Both the position numbers and the translations under genes were made by a program. A stretch of 64,000 nt of DNA from Ramazzottius varieornatus. Taxonomy: Eukaryota; Animalia; Tardigrada. This document shows positions 1 to 12,698 of this stretch, piece by piece. Under the pieces are notes generated by a model. The model did no database searches. It was not told where the DNA came from and saw only the letters and a list, made by a program, of their open reading frames with translations. How positions within the stretch are numbered: the first letter of the stretch is position 1; every line of letters begins with the position of its first letter. The DNA is taken from positions 736,973 through 800,972 of the forward strand of contig BDGG01000012.1 in assembly GCA_001949185.1 (NCBI GenBank), given 5' to 3'.

Positions 1-132
1 ATCGCGGGAGATTTGGAATCCGCCGCATCGGACTTCGAAGCGTTGCTGAAGGTACTTATGGTACTTACTGTGTTACTTACGTGGTTGTAATTGTACAATG
101 TGCATTCCAACCGGACTGTGTCATCTGTAGCC

Positions 133-567
133 ATGCCCAAGATCCGTCGCAGTACTAAGCCGCCTCCTGAAGGATGGGATTTGATTGAGCCCACCCTCGA
201 AGAGTTGGACAAGAAGATGCGAGAAGCAGAAGCCGAGCCTCACGAAGGTAAACGCAAAGTGGAAGCACTATGGCCCATCTTCAAGCTGCACCATCAGAAA
301 TCCCGATACATCTTTGACCTCTACTACAAACGAGAAGCCATCAGCAAGGAGCTGTATGATTACTGCCTGAAGGAGAATATCGCCGACAAGAACCTGGTGG
401 CCAAGTGGAAGAAGGCTGGCTACGAGAACTTGTGCTGTCTTCGATGTGTTCAGACGAGGGACACCAACTTCGGAACCAACTGTATCTGCAGAGTGCCCAA
501 GACAAAGATGCAAGAAGAGAAAGTGGTGCAGTGCGTCCATTGTGGATGCAAAGGATGCTCGGGCTGA
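133..567 (+). CDS. BUD31: Protein BUD31/G10 homolog (spliceosome component), intronless, 144 aa
   Basis: [22 protein letters not shown]...LCCLRC...CICRVP...[11 protein letters not shown] is the G10 family sequence. The true ATG is at 133; the track starts at an upstream TTG. Confidence 0.97.
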   Translation: MPKIRRSTKPPPEGWDLIEPTLEELDKKMREAEAEPHEGKRKVEALWPIFKLHHQKSRYIFDLYYKREAISKELYDYCLKENIADKNLVAKWKKAGYENLCCLRCVQTRDTNFGTNCICRVPKTKMQEEKVVQCVHCGCKGCSG

Positions 568-1721
568 ACGACCATATAGGACGTTGGCAAGTTGACGGAA
601 CGTTGCAGGCAGACGAATTCCATTTTGACTACGAGTGTATAATGGGCTTTATCGGCGACTCACTTTCTAGACTTTCTTCATCTCGTTATATTGACTGGCC
701 GCCTGCCGAAGTTGTTGTTACTCTCCATGGACGATTACGTTTTTACAGTACAGTATATGTTACGTATAACTACTTTCGATGGAAGCTTCAGCAGGCTGAC
801 TCTTTACGATTTGTGGAAAATTTCCCTTACAGGACGATGGTCTGTTGGGATCTGTTCCGTGAACCTCGTTCCCATATCTCCGTGCTTCGTTGTAAGATGA
901 GGAATAATAATCTCGTGAGGCGGAAGTCGGTAAGAATCTCAGGTAAATGAGGTGGCCTTCTGCGAGGAGTAAGTAACCTTAGGCTCCTTAGCCAGAGTGC
1001 TGCGTATATACTAGGGCGCCTTAGCTGTCACGCAAGCCCTCGGGGTGTCGTTTTCGGAAAAAAAGATTTTGGTATGATTACTGTATCCGAATTTTTTGCC
1101 AGAAAACTTTGATCCTGCTTTTGGTGTCATCTTGAGACTAGCCTTATATCCTCCAAGTTCATACCTTGGCTTCCCGGTGTAAAACTTGTGGTGCAGCGTT
1201 CGATCACTGCAACATCATACCAAAAGCAGCTGGCGAAGAATTACGGTCGACGGGCTGGAGGTGTTGGTGCAGTCCGTGGTTTCCTCCTGAAGAATTAACC
1301 AGCTTGATATCTGTGGTATCACATCGATCTTCCAAGGTATATCCCTGTGTGAATGCCGTGAGAAGAAACATTTGTTGCCTCGTTCAGGTGCGTTTTCTGG
1401 CGTTTGCGGATCCGGTGGAGCACGCAGAACTTATTTCACAGATGTGGTTTCCAAGCAGGTGGTCGTCAGTTAGGATCGTGGACCGTTGATCTAACCATCA
1501 GCCATGCGGAGCACGGAAATAATCTCTTCCACCATACTGACCGAGTGTGTTTTGATGTTGCAGGTACTATTTGCGAGAATACCTCAAGATCTCAAGATAC
1601 CCTCACCAGTTCTGTGCGAGCCTAATTAGACCTCTCGCGCATTCTTCTTTCGAGTTCAGCCTAGTCTTCCCTGTCCCCTAATACGATGGACTGAACTTGC
1701 CATACTGCGCACTGTTTCACG

Positions 1722-4700
1722 ATGGCTGGAACTACTGACCGAGACTTCCGTCAGCATTCTCATCACAACGGCTTCGCATCAGCATCTCCGTCCATGTCTG
1801 AGGAGGAAGGTAGTGCCAAGGTAAGTTTACACCAACCTTCGTCTTACAAGTTACAACGATACGGTACCTCTGTGATTTTGTCATGGTATGGATATCTCGG
1901 TAGTCGGTACAAACATGTGTGCTGGGATTTGTTGGGCAGCTCCTGATCAGTGTGATGAGGCATATGCACGTTTGCCCTTGTGTAATTTTCCATGTTTCAG
2001 AGGAGATTTCCACCAGAATCGATTGCTCCAACGTTGGAGAAAGTTTGACTAGCAGTGATCCGCTCCAGGTTGCTTGTTAGGCTTCTCGCTGGGCCCATTC
2101 TTTTTCAAGGCTTCATCACGACAGCCGGATGACCGTTTGCAAGCATCCCTGTGATACCTCAGGATGGGTGTCGTTCTGTAAGACAGGCGAAAACGTTACT
2201 GAAGGTATTTTGTAGTCGCAGCAGGAAGTCGTGTTTCCGCCGTGGGGCGCTGTCATGTCTTCTTCAGCGTCCATCTCTTGACGTATTATTATTACTGATT
2301 TGTGACCTAGTGTGGTCATCCGGAAGAAAGCTTTGCAAGGGATCTTCTTAGTGAAGGGAATCTTAGGATTAAAAAGCTATTGATTTGCGCAGCTGAGATG
2401 CGTCATATCGATGACGGGAATGCATCTGGCACGATATAAGGCACATCATCGTCTTCTGAGCTGTTCATCGTCTATGTTCACCACTTTCCTTCCGTAGGTT
2501 GGAGTGCAGACTGTGCTGAGGCTTGAGTGACGTGACTGCTCGAGAAGACGACAGGTGTATAATCGTGTAACCAATGATTTTTAACTGCTCGATGTAACGC
2601 TTGCTCAACGGAGCAGTGTGGGTGCGAATGCGAAGAGAGTACTTGAGTAACCCTCCCCGTGTTGCAGCTGTTTTCTTCGGCTTTCAGACCGGAAAGACGT
2701 TCTTATAGAAGATGAGCGCCCACGCATGGCCTCTGTAATCAACGAGGCCGACGGTGGAAAACGGAGAAAGTTGTAAAGTGCACTTTAGTTAATATTCCAC
2801 CTTTCGAGCGCTCTTTCACTTTGTTCGTGTACTTCGAGAAGGTCCCCGTTGTCTCGCGCATCTCCATTGCCCAAGAGTTCAACTAGCATTACGTTCACCG
2901 ATGAACCATGCAGGTATAGATGTTTCATCTTCGTTTATTAGACAGCTTTTCGTTATGCATTGCACTGGCTCTAACGCAAGCTTTCAAGTGGATTATAATG
3001 TAATTAATGTTTACCTTGGAAATCGCGGATAACCAGAACGACCTGGGGAGCCAAAAGCCCGTAGCAGACTTCGCTTCTTTTGTCTAGCGATATTTCGGTT
3101 CGAGTTTGAAATTGTCGTTTCACCTTAAATTTTTTTCAATTTTTCTTTTGATTTTGTGATGGGGAATTTTCACTTTGAGGTAAGCGGTGAAAGGATTTTG
3201 GTTCTTTTGGGTGCGGCTGACGCTGAATGAGGTCTAGGTGGAGTTAAAGATCGGATTCGAGCGTAACGCTTTGGTCCATCGATTTCCGATAGCGGTCATT
3301 CAGTAGCTGGATGTTTGCTCGCAGCTGTCAACTGGTTATGGGTCCTTCCATAGGTTTGCGGAACGATTGGTTCGCTGTGTGCAGCAGTTGTTGACAGACA
3401 GGGACTTTGGCCCATTGTCAGACCTTGTATTTAATTCAACAGGAAACATCAAGGATGAAAGTCCCCTGCTCTCTGTTAATCGATAACCAACCTCGAGCGA
3501 GCTTCATCGCCTCGTCATTCACAGACCGAAGCAAACCACAGTTATTTTTCCACGCACCAGGGAATACCTTTCGGATTCTCCGGATTAATTTCCCGAAAGG
3601 ACAAGCTTTTTCTCGCGCTTCAAAAATTTCTGAGCTATAGAAGCTGATATTCGATCGCCCTGATTATCAGTCTGGCAGTGGTTTTTGAGCTGGAATTTGT
3701 TGCTCGTCCTTGGCCCGAATGGTCGAAGATCGGTGTGGTTGGTGACTTCCGCTTGCTTTTGTGCTGATTGAAGGCGTGGAAGCTGTTGCTTGATAGCAGG
3801 TGAATTGATAGCAGTATAGCAGTTTAGCCGGTTGACAAATCACGACGGTTTATTAGAAGCACTTTATAATGGCCCCAGATAAGCGCTGAAAGAGCGCTTT
3901 CCGACGTTACGGAAGATTGGTGAGGCAGTTTGACTATCTGAGTCTTTGAAACCTCCGTCAGCTGCGCACCTTTTAAGCCCATCTCCAATCTCGACGATGA
4001 TGTCGCTGACTCTTGTCTAATCATTCGTAGCTCTTTTGCAGCTTGCTCTGTGGGTTTTCGAGCCAGCAAGCCGCTATCAAATCTGATGATGTCGCCAGAG
4101 TATCACTCTGATGTCGCGGTGTTTCTGCAGAATGTCAAAAGCTTACTTTTACGTAAGATTGAAGACAGATCCGCAGAAACCGACTTTGCAGAAACTTCTC
4201 GGTTGTATTTTATCTTTCATTGATTCGACGCTTCTAAAGTTTCTGGACAGCGTGGGCTTTAGCAGTTTTCTGTTGATTCGAGGGAAAATTTTCTTATGTG
4301 GGGTTATCTTAAAAAGTACACAAACTTGGCCCAATTGCTCGGAGCGAAAAGGTTGAAGGGGTTAAAACTTCCTGCAGCTATTGATTTATGAAAATACTCG
4401 TTTATAGTTGCTGGAAGGAATCATTAGTGGCTTCAAGCTGCTGGTTGGTTTTTCCGTCAGGAAATGGAAAACTTGTGTCGGGGTACTTTGTCCTACGTCG
4501 CGATCAATTTGTGATTTGCGATCGCAATTAAGTTAGCTCCTCGTCGATGCACTTCACTTCGCGCTACGAATTTGTCGCCATACATCCGTCAGCCGAGCTT
4601 TGTATGGCCTATCAGATTCCTTCCGGTTGACTGAAGTCGTAAAACCAGTAATTGTGAGGAGAAACGAGATCGTCGGTCAGACGGCAGTCCTTCACTTACC

Positions 4701-7700
4701 TACATACACATTGACCGCAGTAACTGCTGTTTGCCGTGTATGAAGGTACACGAAAGGACCGTCCAATAAGAAAAGCCCGGTTGTCGGCCACCTGGCACCT
4801 GCATACTTCGCACCGGCGGGATTGTACTCTTTTCTGTAATCGACATCTCAACCGAGTTGTGAAACCTGATATTGTCAAAAAGCGATCGTTTTCTGTTTCT
4901 TCCTCTGTTTGTTGTGGATGTTGTGACGATTAAGCTTACCGTTGCATGTAAACGTCTGTTCGCTCTAGCTGTTGGAACTCTGTTGGAAATTGACTGTTGG
5001 TTTCAGGCTCATTGGCGACATCCATCAAGATTATCGGCGTATAAACGTCTCTGTATCATTGCATAATTGATCACGCTGTTTTGTGTTGTTGCAGACCAAA
5101 GAACGTGATGCCTTACTGTGGTTGATGTCCATTGCTCATGAAGGGAATATCCGCGAAGACCTCAAGGAACCCTATTATTCCGACGGCCAGGTATGCAAGT
5201 GTGTACTCCGTTAATGTCATGAGCTGAACCAGATACAGCTTGCTTTATGCTCTGCGGGTTGTAGGGCAATAAGTTGCTGAAGCCAGACTACGTTCTTGGA
5301 CTGACAAGCGGGGAACTGTACGCTTCTGCTCTTGGGAATATCTTCAAGAACCCCGCGCTTTGCAATTTCACGCACGACCAGGTTTTGCAGTTGCTCCATA
5401 AAAGAAGTTTGAGACCTGTTTATGCAGATGACAGTGATATAACAGAAACCGATCTCGGCTTCAACCGGCCCATTCGACTGGTAAGAAATCGAATTCCGTT
5501 AAATTCTGCAGTTAATCAAGTGTATATAACCAGAAAGGAAACGGAATCAGTAACTAGTCGAAAATATGGAATATGAGAATTACGGATTTATGATTGTCTG
5601 TTTGCAGCGCGCTCATCTGATTCTGATAGAGACTATCATGCTTCTCGCTCAGAAGGAATTCCACGTGTCTTCGTTGAGCGGTTTACTGAAAGAGTCGGCT
5701 CGGTTAGCTGAACGAACTGCCGGAAAGAAGACTGCCTTCGCTCCGTTGCCCAACACCAACACATGGACCAACTACTCGGGCGAAGACTCCTTCACCCAAA
5801 GACACCATGCTGAAGACCTTCCCGAGAACAACATCCAGCCGGGCCATCCCCAGGTGACAAACATCAAGCTGGCCTTGGAGGAGAAACGAAGGAAGAAGCA
5901 AGATGACCGCTCGAAGAAGGGCTTCGATTGGATGCGACAGACGGCCAAGCTGGGCGAGACGGCCTTCATGCAGTCTAGCCACGTTCCTGCTGGTCACCAC
6001 AGAGGTGCGTCAGAAGAAGAAGAGGAGCATGTATACGAGGAGATCAGTGAGAATAAGACAGAGAAGGAAACTGTGATAAGTGCTCAAGCCAAAGCTTCGG
6101 AAAGTTGCTCCCCGGGTAAGATTAAGTGCACCACAGCACTGCTTGTACAGGTTTCCGAGCGGGAATCAAGAATACCTGTATTACAGACTCTAAATGGGAC
6201 TTCGGCAGCAAACCCCACAAGATCTTTTCCGATTGGCGGTTGGGTTTAGCCAACGTTAATGGAAACGTGCGCTAATCGACATGATCTTTTATCAAGTGAC
6301 GCAGGCTTCCAGCCAATGACAATGGAAACTTGCGCGCTACTTGGGCAAACAATGTTATTGAGCTTGTTTGCCGAGCTTCCAAATAACTTTTGCACGAGTG
6401 GAAAGAAGTATGCAGATGTAGAATGGAAGGTTTACGATGTTTTGGCTGTTGTACAGGACAACCAACGAACCGAAGGGCAAAGTGGAACGAACAGGAGGAG
6501 TACGGTGGCGGCCACGCGCCTTCCCCTTCCGTTGCTCCCCTCAACAATCTCTACTCAACGCGCCAACCTCCTCGACCTCTTCCTCGTCGGCGCATCAACT
6601 CGGTTGATCGTGATGCCTCCCTCAACGGCGAATCCTCGTCTGAGTCCTCTATCATGAATGGCAGGTTGAGGGCTCAGCCGAGTGCTGATCAACCCGATGA
6701 TTCTCTGGCCGAGTCGTCTTCTCAAAAGAATCTACCTCAAGCTCGAACAAAGCCCAAAGTGATACGTATCCCTCCTGCTACTAGTGCACAGAACGGAAGT
6801 GTCATGTCCAATGTGAACCCTTTCAATAGCATTACCAATCGACTGCGCAGTCCTGTCGTCCAACGAGAGTTTGTCAATTCGGTGGATGTACTGAATCCTA
6901 CTCATGATCATAGCCCTCTTAGTAACAGCACTTCACCACCTGGCTCCACCAACAGCAATGTCGAGAATATCCACGATGGCGATGCCAATACTAGTTTCGA
7001 TATCATCGAACAGAACGTGAGAAAGTTTTCAAATATTCTGAAAACTGAATTAGCAAGTTCAAAAGGGGGAAAGACGAGTTTTCTTTAAGACTTTAATTTT
7101 TTTCTACATCTTTCTTTTGTGGCAGTATTATTTTCGATTGTTTTTAATGGGCGAATAAGGGATTACAAAATTATTTCGACAACCGTTTTTCTTTGCTCAG
7201 CAATTTTTATGCCCGGAAAAATTCTGTTGGTGAAATTTGTTATCTTTTCTGGTCAGCAAGCTTCTGATAATGGGATAACTGGTTCATGATTGTTATTGGG
7301 TTATAGAAGGCGGAGATGGACATGGAGCGAAAGCGACAGAAGCTGATGCAGTTACAGTTGAAGCGTCAGTCGGAGTTGGAAGCTGCGCGAATGTCGAAGG
7401 AGCAGGAGAATGCCGAGAAGAACGAGTTGACTCGACAACGTCTAGAAGAAGCCAACCGCAAGAAGGAGGAACAACGGCTGCGACAACAGGCTGTCTTCGA
7501 GCAGTACCAGAAGCGGAAGTTAGAAGCCGAGAAGGAGGACAACCCTGCAGCTCGTCAAGGTACCGTCCTGCGAGAGCCTAAAGCACGGCGAGCCAGACCA
7601 CTGTCGGTCCACGCCAACACTATCCATCAAGTCTCCGTCCCGACTTCGCATGAACCCACTGCGATGAAGAGGGTTTCCAGCCAGGGCGACATCCTTAAGC

Positions 7701-8672
7701 TTGGCCAAGGTAAGCCGGCAAAATCATGTGGGACGTCAGTAAATGAACTCACCCTGATTTTTTTCCCAAGTGACGCACCCTCTCAGCCTATAATAATGAA
7801 ACCATGGGCCACTCGAGAGAACGATCTGGTTGAAATCATTTGCCGAGGTCCACTGTGTCTGTTGTCAGTGGACGTGACCATGCAGTGTTGTCCATCTGAT
7901 CATAGCGTTGACTGTGTTCATTTTATAGAGCTTTCAATCCTGTCCCTTCACAATCCACGGTTAGCAGCCGCTTCAGCTAGGCAGGTAAATGGGAGTAGTG
8001 GACGACGAGCGCTTTCTCCGCCCGGACGAATGCCCATGCAGGATTCCACCAGCGACGCCGGGTCTTCCAATTCTGGTCAAGAAGTTTATACAGGTTTGTC
8101 TCGTTTCTTCCAGCCGGCTTTGTCTTCAAGATGGCGACTCTGGAAAAACTTGTGGATAGCTCATGACGAAAGTTTCCTTATATAGGGCCCAAGTTGTTCA
8201 AGAAGCCAAGTGCCAAGTCGAATCGCCTGATAATCCACAACGCCATCCGCGACTGCTGCTTGCCAGGTATCGTCAACGAGGACGTGCAGCGTAAAGTTTT
8301 GGATACGCTGGCCCGCTGCGAAGAGGGCTCGCACTTCTTCGTCCTCTTCCGTGACGCCAACTGTCAGTTTCGCGGAGTGTACGTCTATGACCCGGACATC
8401 AACGAGGCTACCAAGATTTTCGGCACTGGGCCCACCCGTATAGACGATTCCATGACAGAAAAGTTGTACAAGTAAGGCAGCACAAACTCTTGTAGGACGT
8501 ACTGTTTCTGAACTTTTGCTCTGCTTTTAGATATAACTCAGGAAGCAAAAAGTTCTCTGTGATCCCTACGACCCACCACATGTCGGTTCAGATTGATGGT
8601 GTGACCATTCAGCAAGCTTTATGGCTGGGAAAGAAGACTACGGGACTGAAGCCGCCGCTAGACATCTTTTAA
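1722..8672 (+). CDS. CAMSAP/patronin microtubule minus-end binding protein (CH domain, coiled coils, C-terminal CKK domain), multi-exon
   Basis: Exon 1722-1820 (..SAK|gtaagt) joins in phase to 5095 TKERDALLWLMSIAH..LKEPYY (patronin N-terminus). The coiled coil is at 7307-7520. The CKK domain GPKLFKKPSAKSNRLIIHNAI..FRGVY..KLYKYNSGSKKF ends at TAA 8670-8672. The first-exon choice is less certain. Confidence 0.88.
6196..6380. repeat. Intronic palindrome family copy (double core), CAMSAP intron
   Basis: GGGACTTCGGCA..TTTGCCGAGCTTCC ends; two ..AATGGAAAC.TGCGC cores. Confidence 0.7.
7730..7851. repeat. Intronic palindrome family copy, CAMSAP intron
   Basis: GGGACGTCAGTAAATGA..CCCAAGTGACGCAC..GCCACTCGAG..AATCATTTGCCGAGGTCC. 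Confidence 0.8.
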
Positions 8673-10484
8673 GAAGAGGACCCAGTCTCCGAGAAAACGT
8701 TCTTGCCCTTGATGTCAGGTGCTTCCTTTTTTTATAATTTCCCCCTGCACAGACGGTGTGTTTTTCTTTCCATTCTTACCCTTGCTCGCAATTTCGTTTA
8801 ATCTCTCATGAAGGTATGGTAAACAAACCAGCAAAGACTTTCTTTCTGATCTGCCACGTTCTGTGCTTGGGTCGTGGAAACTTGTGTTAATTTTTGAAAC
8901 AGACGTGATGTTTATTACCTGTCGCCTTTTGTGCCTTTATGCAGTTCAACTATTGTAATAGAGTCTGAAGAACCTTTCGAAAATTCGTTTGTTCGGAAGT
9001 TTGAATAAATCCGGATCCTTTCTAGTTTGTAGCCCATCTCGAATGTAGCGCCATCTATGAGGTACTCGTATACAAGTCATGAACTATTGCACTTCCGGAA
9101 GACTCTTTTGCGGAATTTAGTTACAGTAATCACCCTCATGTAGAATACTGATAGCTTTTGACAACATGATTTTTAAACGTTGGTTAGATCCACTCTTATT
9201 GTGTGTTTCCATTGGCATAGTGCATGAGTACGATGGCTCCAAGATTCTTTTTGCCGACCGCACACGAGGAAGTTAACGTTAGACCGAAATGCCTATACCG
9301 CCGAGTCGTCGACTATCAAATCACAACCACGCCAGCCTTCACTTTCTTTTTAACAACTATCGATTTGTGTAACATGGCTAGCTAGGAACTTCTGCCGACT
9401 GGTTATGTATACTCGACAGAAAGAGTTAAAGAGGAAGAGAGGAGTGCAGCGGTTGGAATATTTATGTTTTTATATGAATTCAGGCCTACAATGTAATTTC
9501 TCTCGGGCCAACTCAACTGCGCTTGACGCAGACGGAAGGACGAGTTGCTTCAACGTGAGTCTGCGCGAGCAGAGATTGCCAGAGAGTACATTTCGACTCG
9601 CCAGCCTCTGCGAAAATCAATAAAACTAACTATATTATTACCGTTCGTTATCGGCTGAAAGCCAGCTTTAAACTTGTTCGCGCTGGGTGTAAATGCGTCG
9701 CATTTCCTGTAGCTGGAGCAAGCAATGTCGTGCCAACCGTTTGCGAATATCGATGCAGTATACTTTTTAAGTTAATTAATAACCTTCCTCGTCGCAGTAC
9801 TTGTGGAGCTCGGCGAGCTCGCTTAGACGCTTACTTATTATTCATCGCGTAACCTTCGACGCTGATTCTGTTTTTATTTCTTTTGATAAACTGTTTCGTA
9901 CTGTGTACACAGCATATCATTCAGGTCATTTCCATCCCGCGACGCGCTTGTAGACAGTGCCACTGTATTTTGCTTCGGCAAGTTATGGTTTCAGGAGGAT
10001 GCCGATGCGCAGCTTGATCGTGATGGAAAAATCAGCTCGTCCTGCATAGCTGCGAATAAACAATGGACCACGATAAATTTACGATCGGTTTTTATCTTGA
10101 TTGCTTATCAATCCAACAGGGCCACAGAACCAAAACTCTATTCAAAGTGCAACGCAGGCAGTGTTAGAGAAACTAAACCAGGCAAAACAAGCCGTGTACT
10201 GCAGATGCGGCTTGTACTTGATTTTTGCCCGCCTCCAGAACGTGCTCATTGGTTCATTCGATCTCGCAATCTTGCATCGTCTCTCTGCCTCTCTTCATTT
10301 TATAATGTACATTTTAGTCTTTAACGTTAACATAATTCTTTATCATGCAAAGGCAGACTCCATTTTGAAACTCTTATTATCTACATATTCTCGAGCGTGG
10401 GGAGCCCATTCGTGGTCCTGGTATGTAACATGGAACTCCCCTAAAAACCTTTGTACGATTAATTATAGCATTGTTTCGTAGACA

Positions 10485-12216
10485 ATGATGTCGTATCCGC
10501 AGATGTCCAGCTCTATGCGTCCGCCTGCTCCGACTTCATCTGCCTCCATGTACAGCGCCTACTCTTCCCCTAACGGACTGCAACTACCTATGGTCAGCGA
10601 TATCCCCGGTTACCAGCAGGAAAACGATCAGGACGAGTCGGTACATAGTGACGATGAGTATGGCGCGAATGGGGAAGGTCAGTCGCCGCCGGACCGAGGC
10701 GGATCGGAGGAGCAGAATGGCAGCAACAGCTTCTCTAATTTCTCCTTGAAGCGATGCAGATTCTCACCACGTCACGACATTGCGTTGCTGAAGGACATCC
10801 TGGCTGCTGACGATAAACCATTCGAGCATGTGGGCAAAGCTTCGTGGGAGTCGTGGGGGAAAATCGCTGCGACACTTAACCAGAAACAGGTATTTTTATT
10901 TGTGGCTCCGTGACCGTCCAAGTCTCCAAGATAAATAAACTCGAAATACCGTTTCAATTCAAATGCGAGTTTGCAAACTAGTTGATCAATCAAGAAATAA
11001 GGATGCAGTTGATTGTCTTGGGTTGGTCTAACGGTTTAACCCTCTCAACTAAATGCATACTAGGGCGTATATACGACTGGAAAATTTCCTCATAATCATA
11101 GGGAGTTCGAGGTTAGCTTGGATGAATCAGTCGAAAATATACTTCGAGATTCAAAACAAATTGAATAGCTTCAAGACTGACCTCATATACGTGGTATTCC
11201 CTTGTAGATATTCGGACCCGTTCTGACACTGTCAGCTTTGACTTGCAAGCTCCGGTTCGACTTCCTCATGAAAAACTACGGCGGACACGCCATGAAGTTC
11301 AACCCCAAGCGTGGAACGGTGGAAGAGTATCAGAAGAGAGACGAGCTGATTGCCATCATCATACCGCAGGTCCCAACCAACGACGACCTAAACATGCCCA
11401 ACGGCAAACGTCGGCGCGGGCGTCCTCGCAAGGAACGAAGGGAGAACTATTCTCCGGAAGAAGAGGATCCCTCCAGTCCTCCCGAATATGGATCTCAGAG
11501 CATGCTGGACTCGGGGTCGAAGAGGAAACCGGGGCGACCTCGAAAGATACCTCTTGGTCAGGGTGACTTCATGGACGGTGCAGCTCTGTCGGACTACTTG
11601 AGGCCGAGAACTTCTCAGCCGACTTCCCCTACAAAGCCTGTTTCGAACGGACTTCCTCCAGGTTAGTTCTTTCCTTGTCATACGAGGGCGTTGGCGAACA
11701 ACCTCGACAAGATTATTCCCAAGTGGCGCCCGGCTCTAGTGTTGTTGGCTGGAAGGGTACACCACTTGGCATGGGACTGGATATAATATCGTTTTTCTGA
11801 CTGACAATACTCCCAGCCGACAACACTGGAGACGTATCCCACTTGGGAAACAGTCTTGTGTGGGTTGTTCGCCAAGCTCCTCCTGCTTTCGGATGTGTTC
11901 TGTGATGCAATAGGCTGTTCCTTGTGTAGGTACCTCGACCCTGGCATTTAACCCGCTGCAACATCTGGCCTACGGAGAAACGACCATCGTTTCGATGTTG
12001 GTCGAGTATATGAAACGACATCACGAAAGCGATGTGCAGTTCCGAAGGGAAGAACTCGAATCACGTCAGCGGGAAAAGTCCGAAGAACGTCGGTTGGAAC
12101 GCGAAAGACTGGACGTGAAGCGGGCTGAGCTGGCGTTGCAGCAGGAAAAGTGGGAGCTGGAGAAGCGCGAACGAGAACTGCAGATGGACATCCTCAGAAG
12201 GCATCTTTCTAAATAG
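10485..12216 (+). CDS. Myb/SANT-like (trihelix-type) DNA-binding protein with two AT-hooks and a C-terminal charged coiled coil; exons ~10485-10889, 11209-11661, 11931-12216
   Basis: RFSPRHDIALLKDIL..WGKIAATL..CKLRFDFLMKNY trihelix pattern; AT-hooks RRRGRPRK and KRKPGRPRK; E/R-rich tail; GT-AG joins in frame. Confidence 0.75.
11685..11880. repeat. Intronic palindrome family copy (double core), Myb-like gene intron
   Basis: TTGGCGAACAACC..TTCCCAAGTGGCGC ... CCACTTGGGAAA..GGTTGTTCGCCAA. Confidence 0.8.
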
Positions 12217-12698
12217 CTGGTTACTGTACTTCCTGAGATACCTTTCATTATGTTCTCCTTGATGCTAGGTTAGCCCACCGTGTGCGTTCTCTGTTTTGGT
12301 GCTGGCTGGGCGTACTTCATCCTCTTCCAAAGCTTATCGTTCCTGCGTCGCTTTCTAGCGCTCTTGATTCCCACACATCTCGTGCTTTTGGTCGACTCTG
12401 GGTGTACCGTGTACATGAGTTCTGTTTGTTACATGTTTTTTAGCTCTGTGTTGATGACATGTGTTATGCATCCATGTTTATTTGGCTACCGTAGGTATAT
12501 GATTGTTTCTGACTCATCGTAGATTGATTCCTACGGCCTGAGTTTCAGAAATTAGGGTATGTCCGCGCAACATGGAGTAGAACAGTTGAATTCGTTCGTC
12601 TGAGTAGTGCCAATACCGTGACAGCGAAAGAGCTATAATAAGTGACCGTAGTGCTGGCTATCGAGTACCGGTTTGCAAGTGCCACATACCCTGGCGGA

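Noticed and set aside
91-132. N-terminal extension of BUD31 in the ORF track
   Set aside because: TTG start artefact; the conserved protein starts at the ATG at 133.
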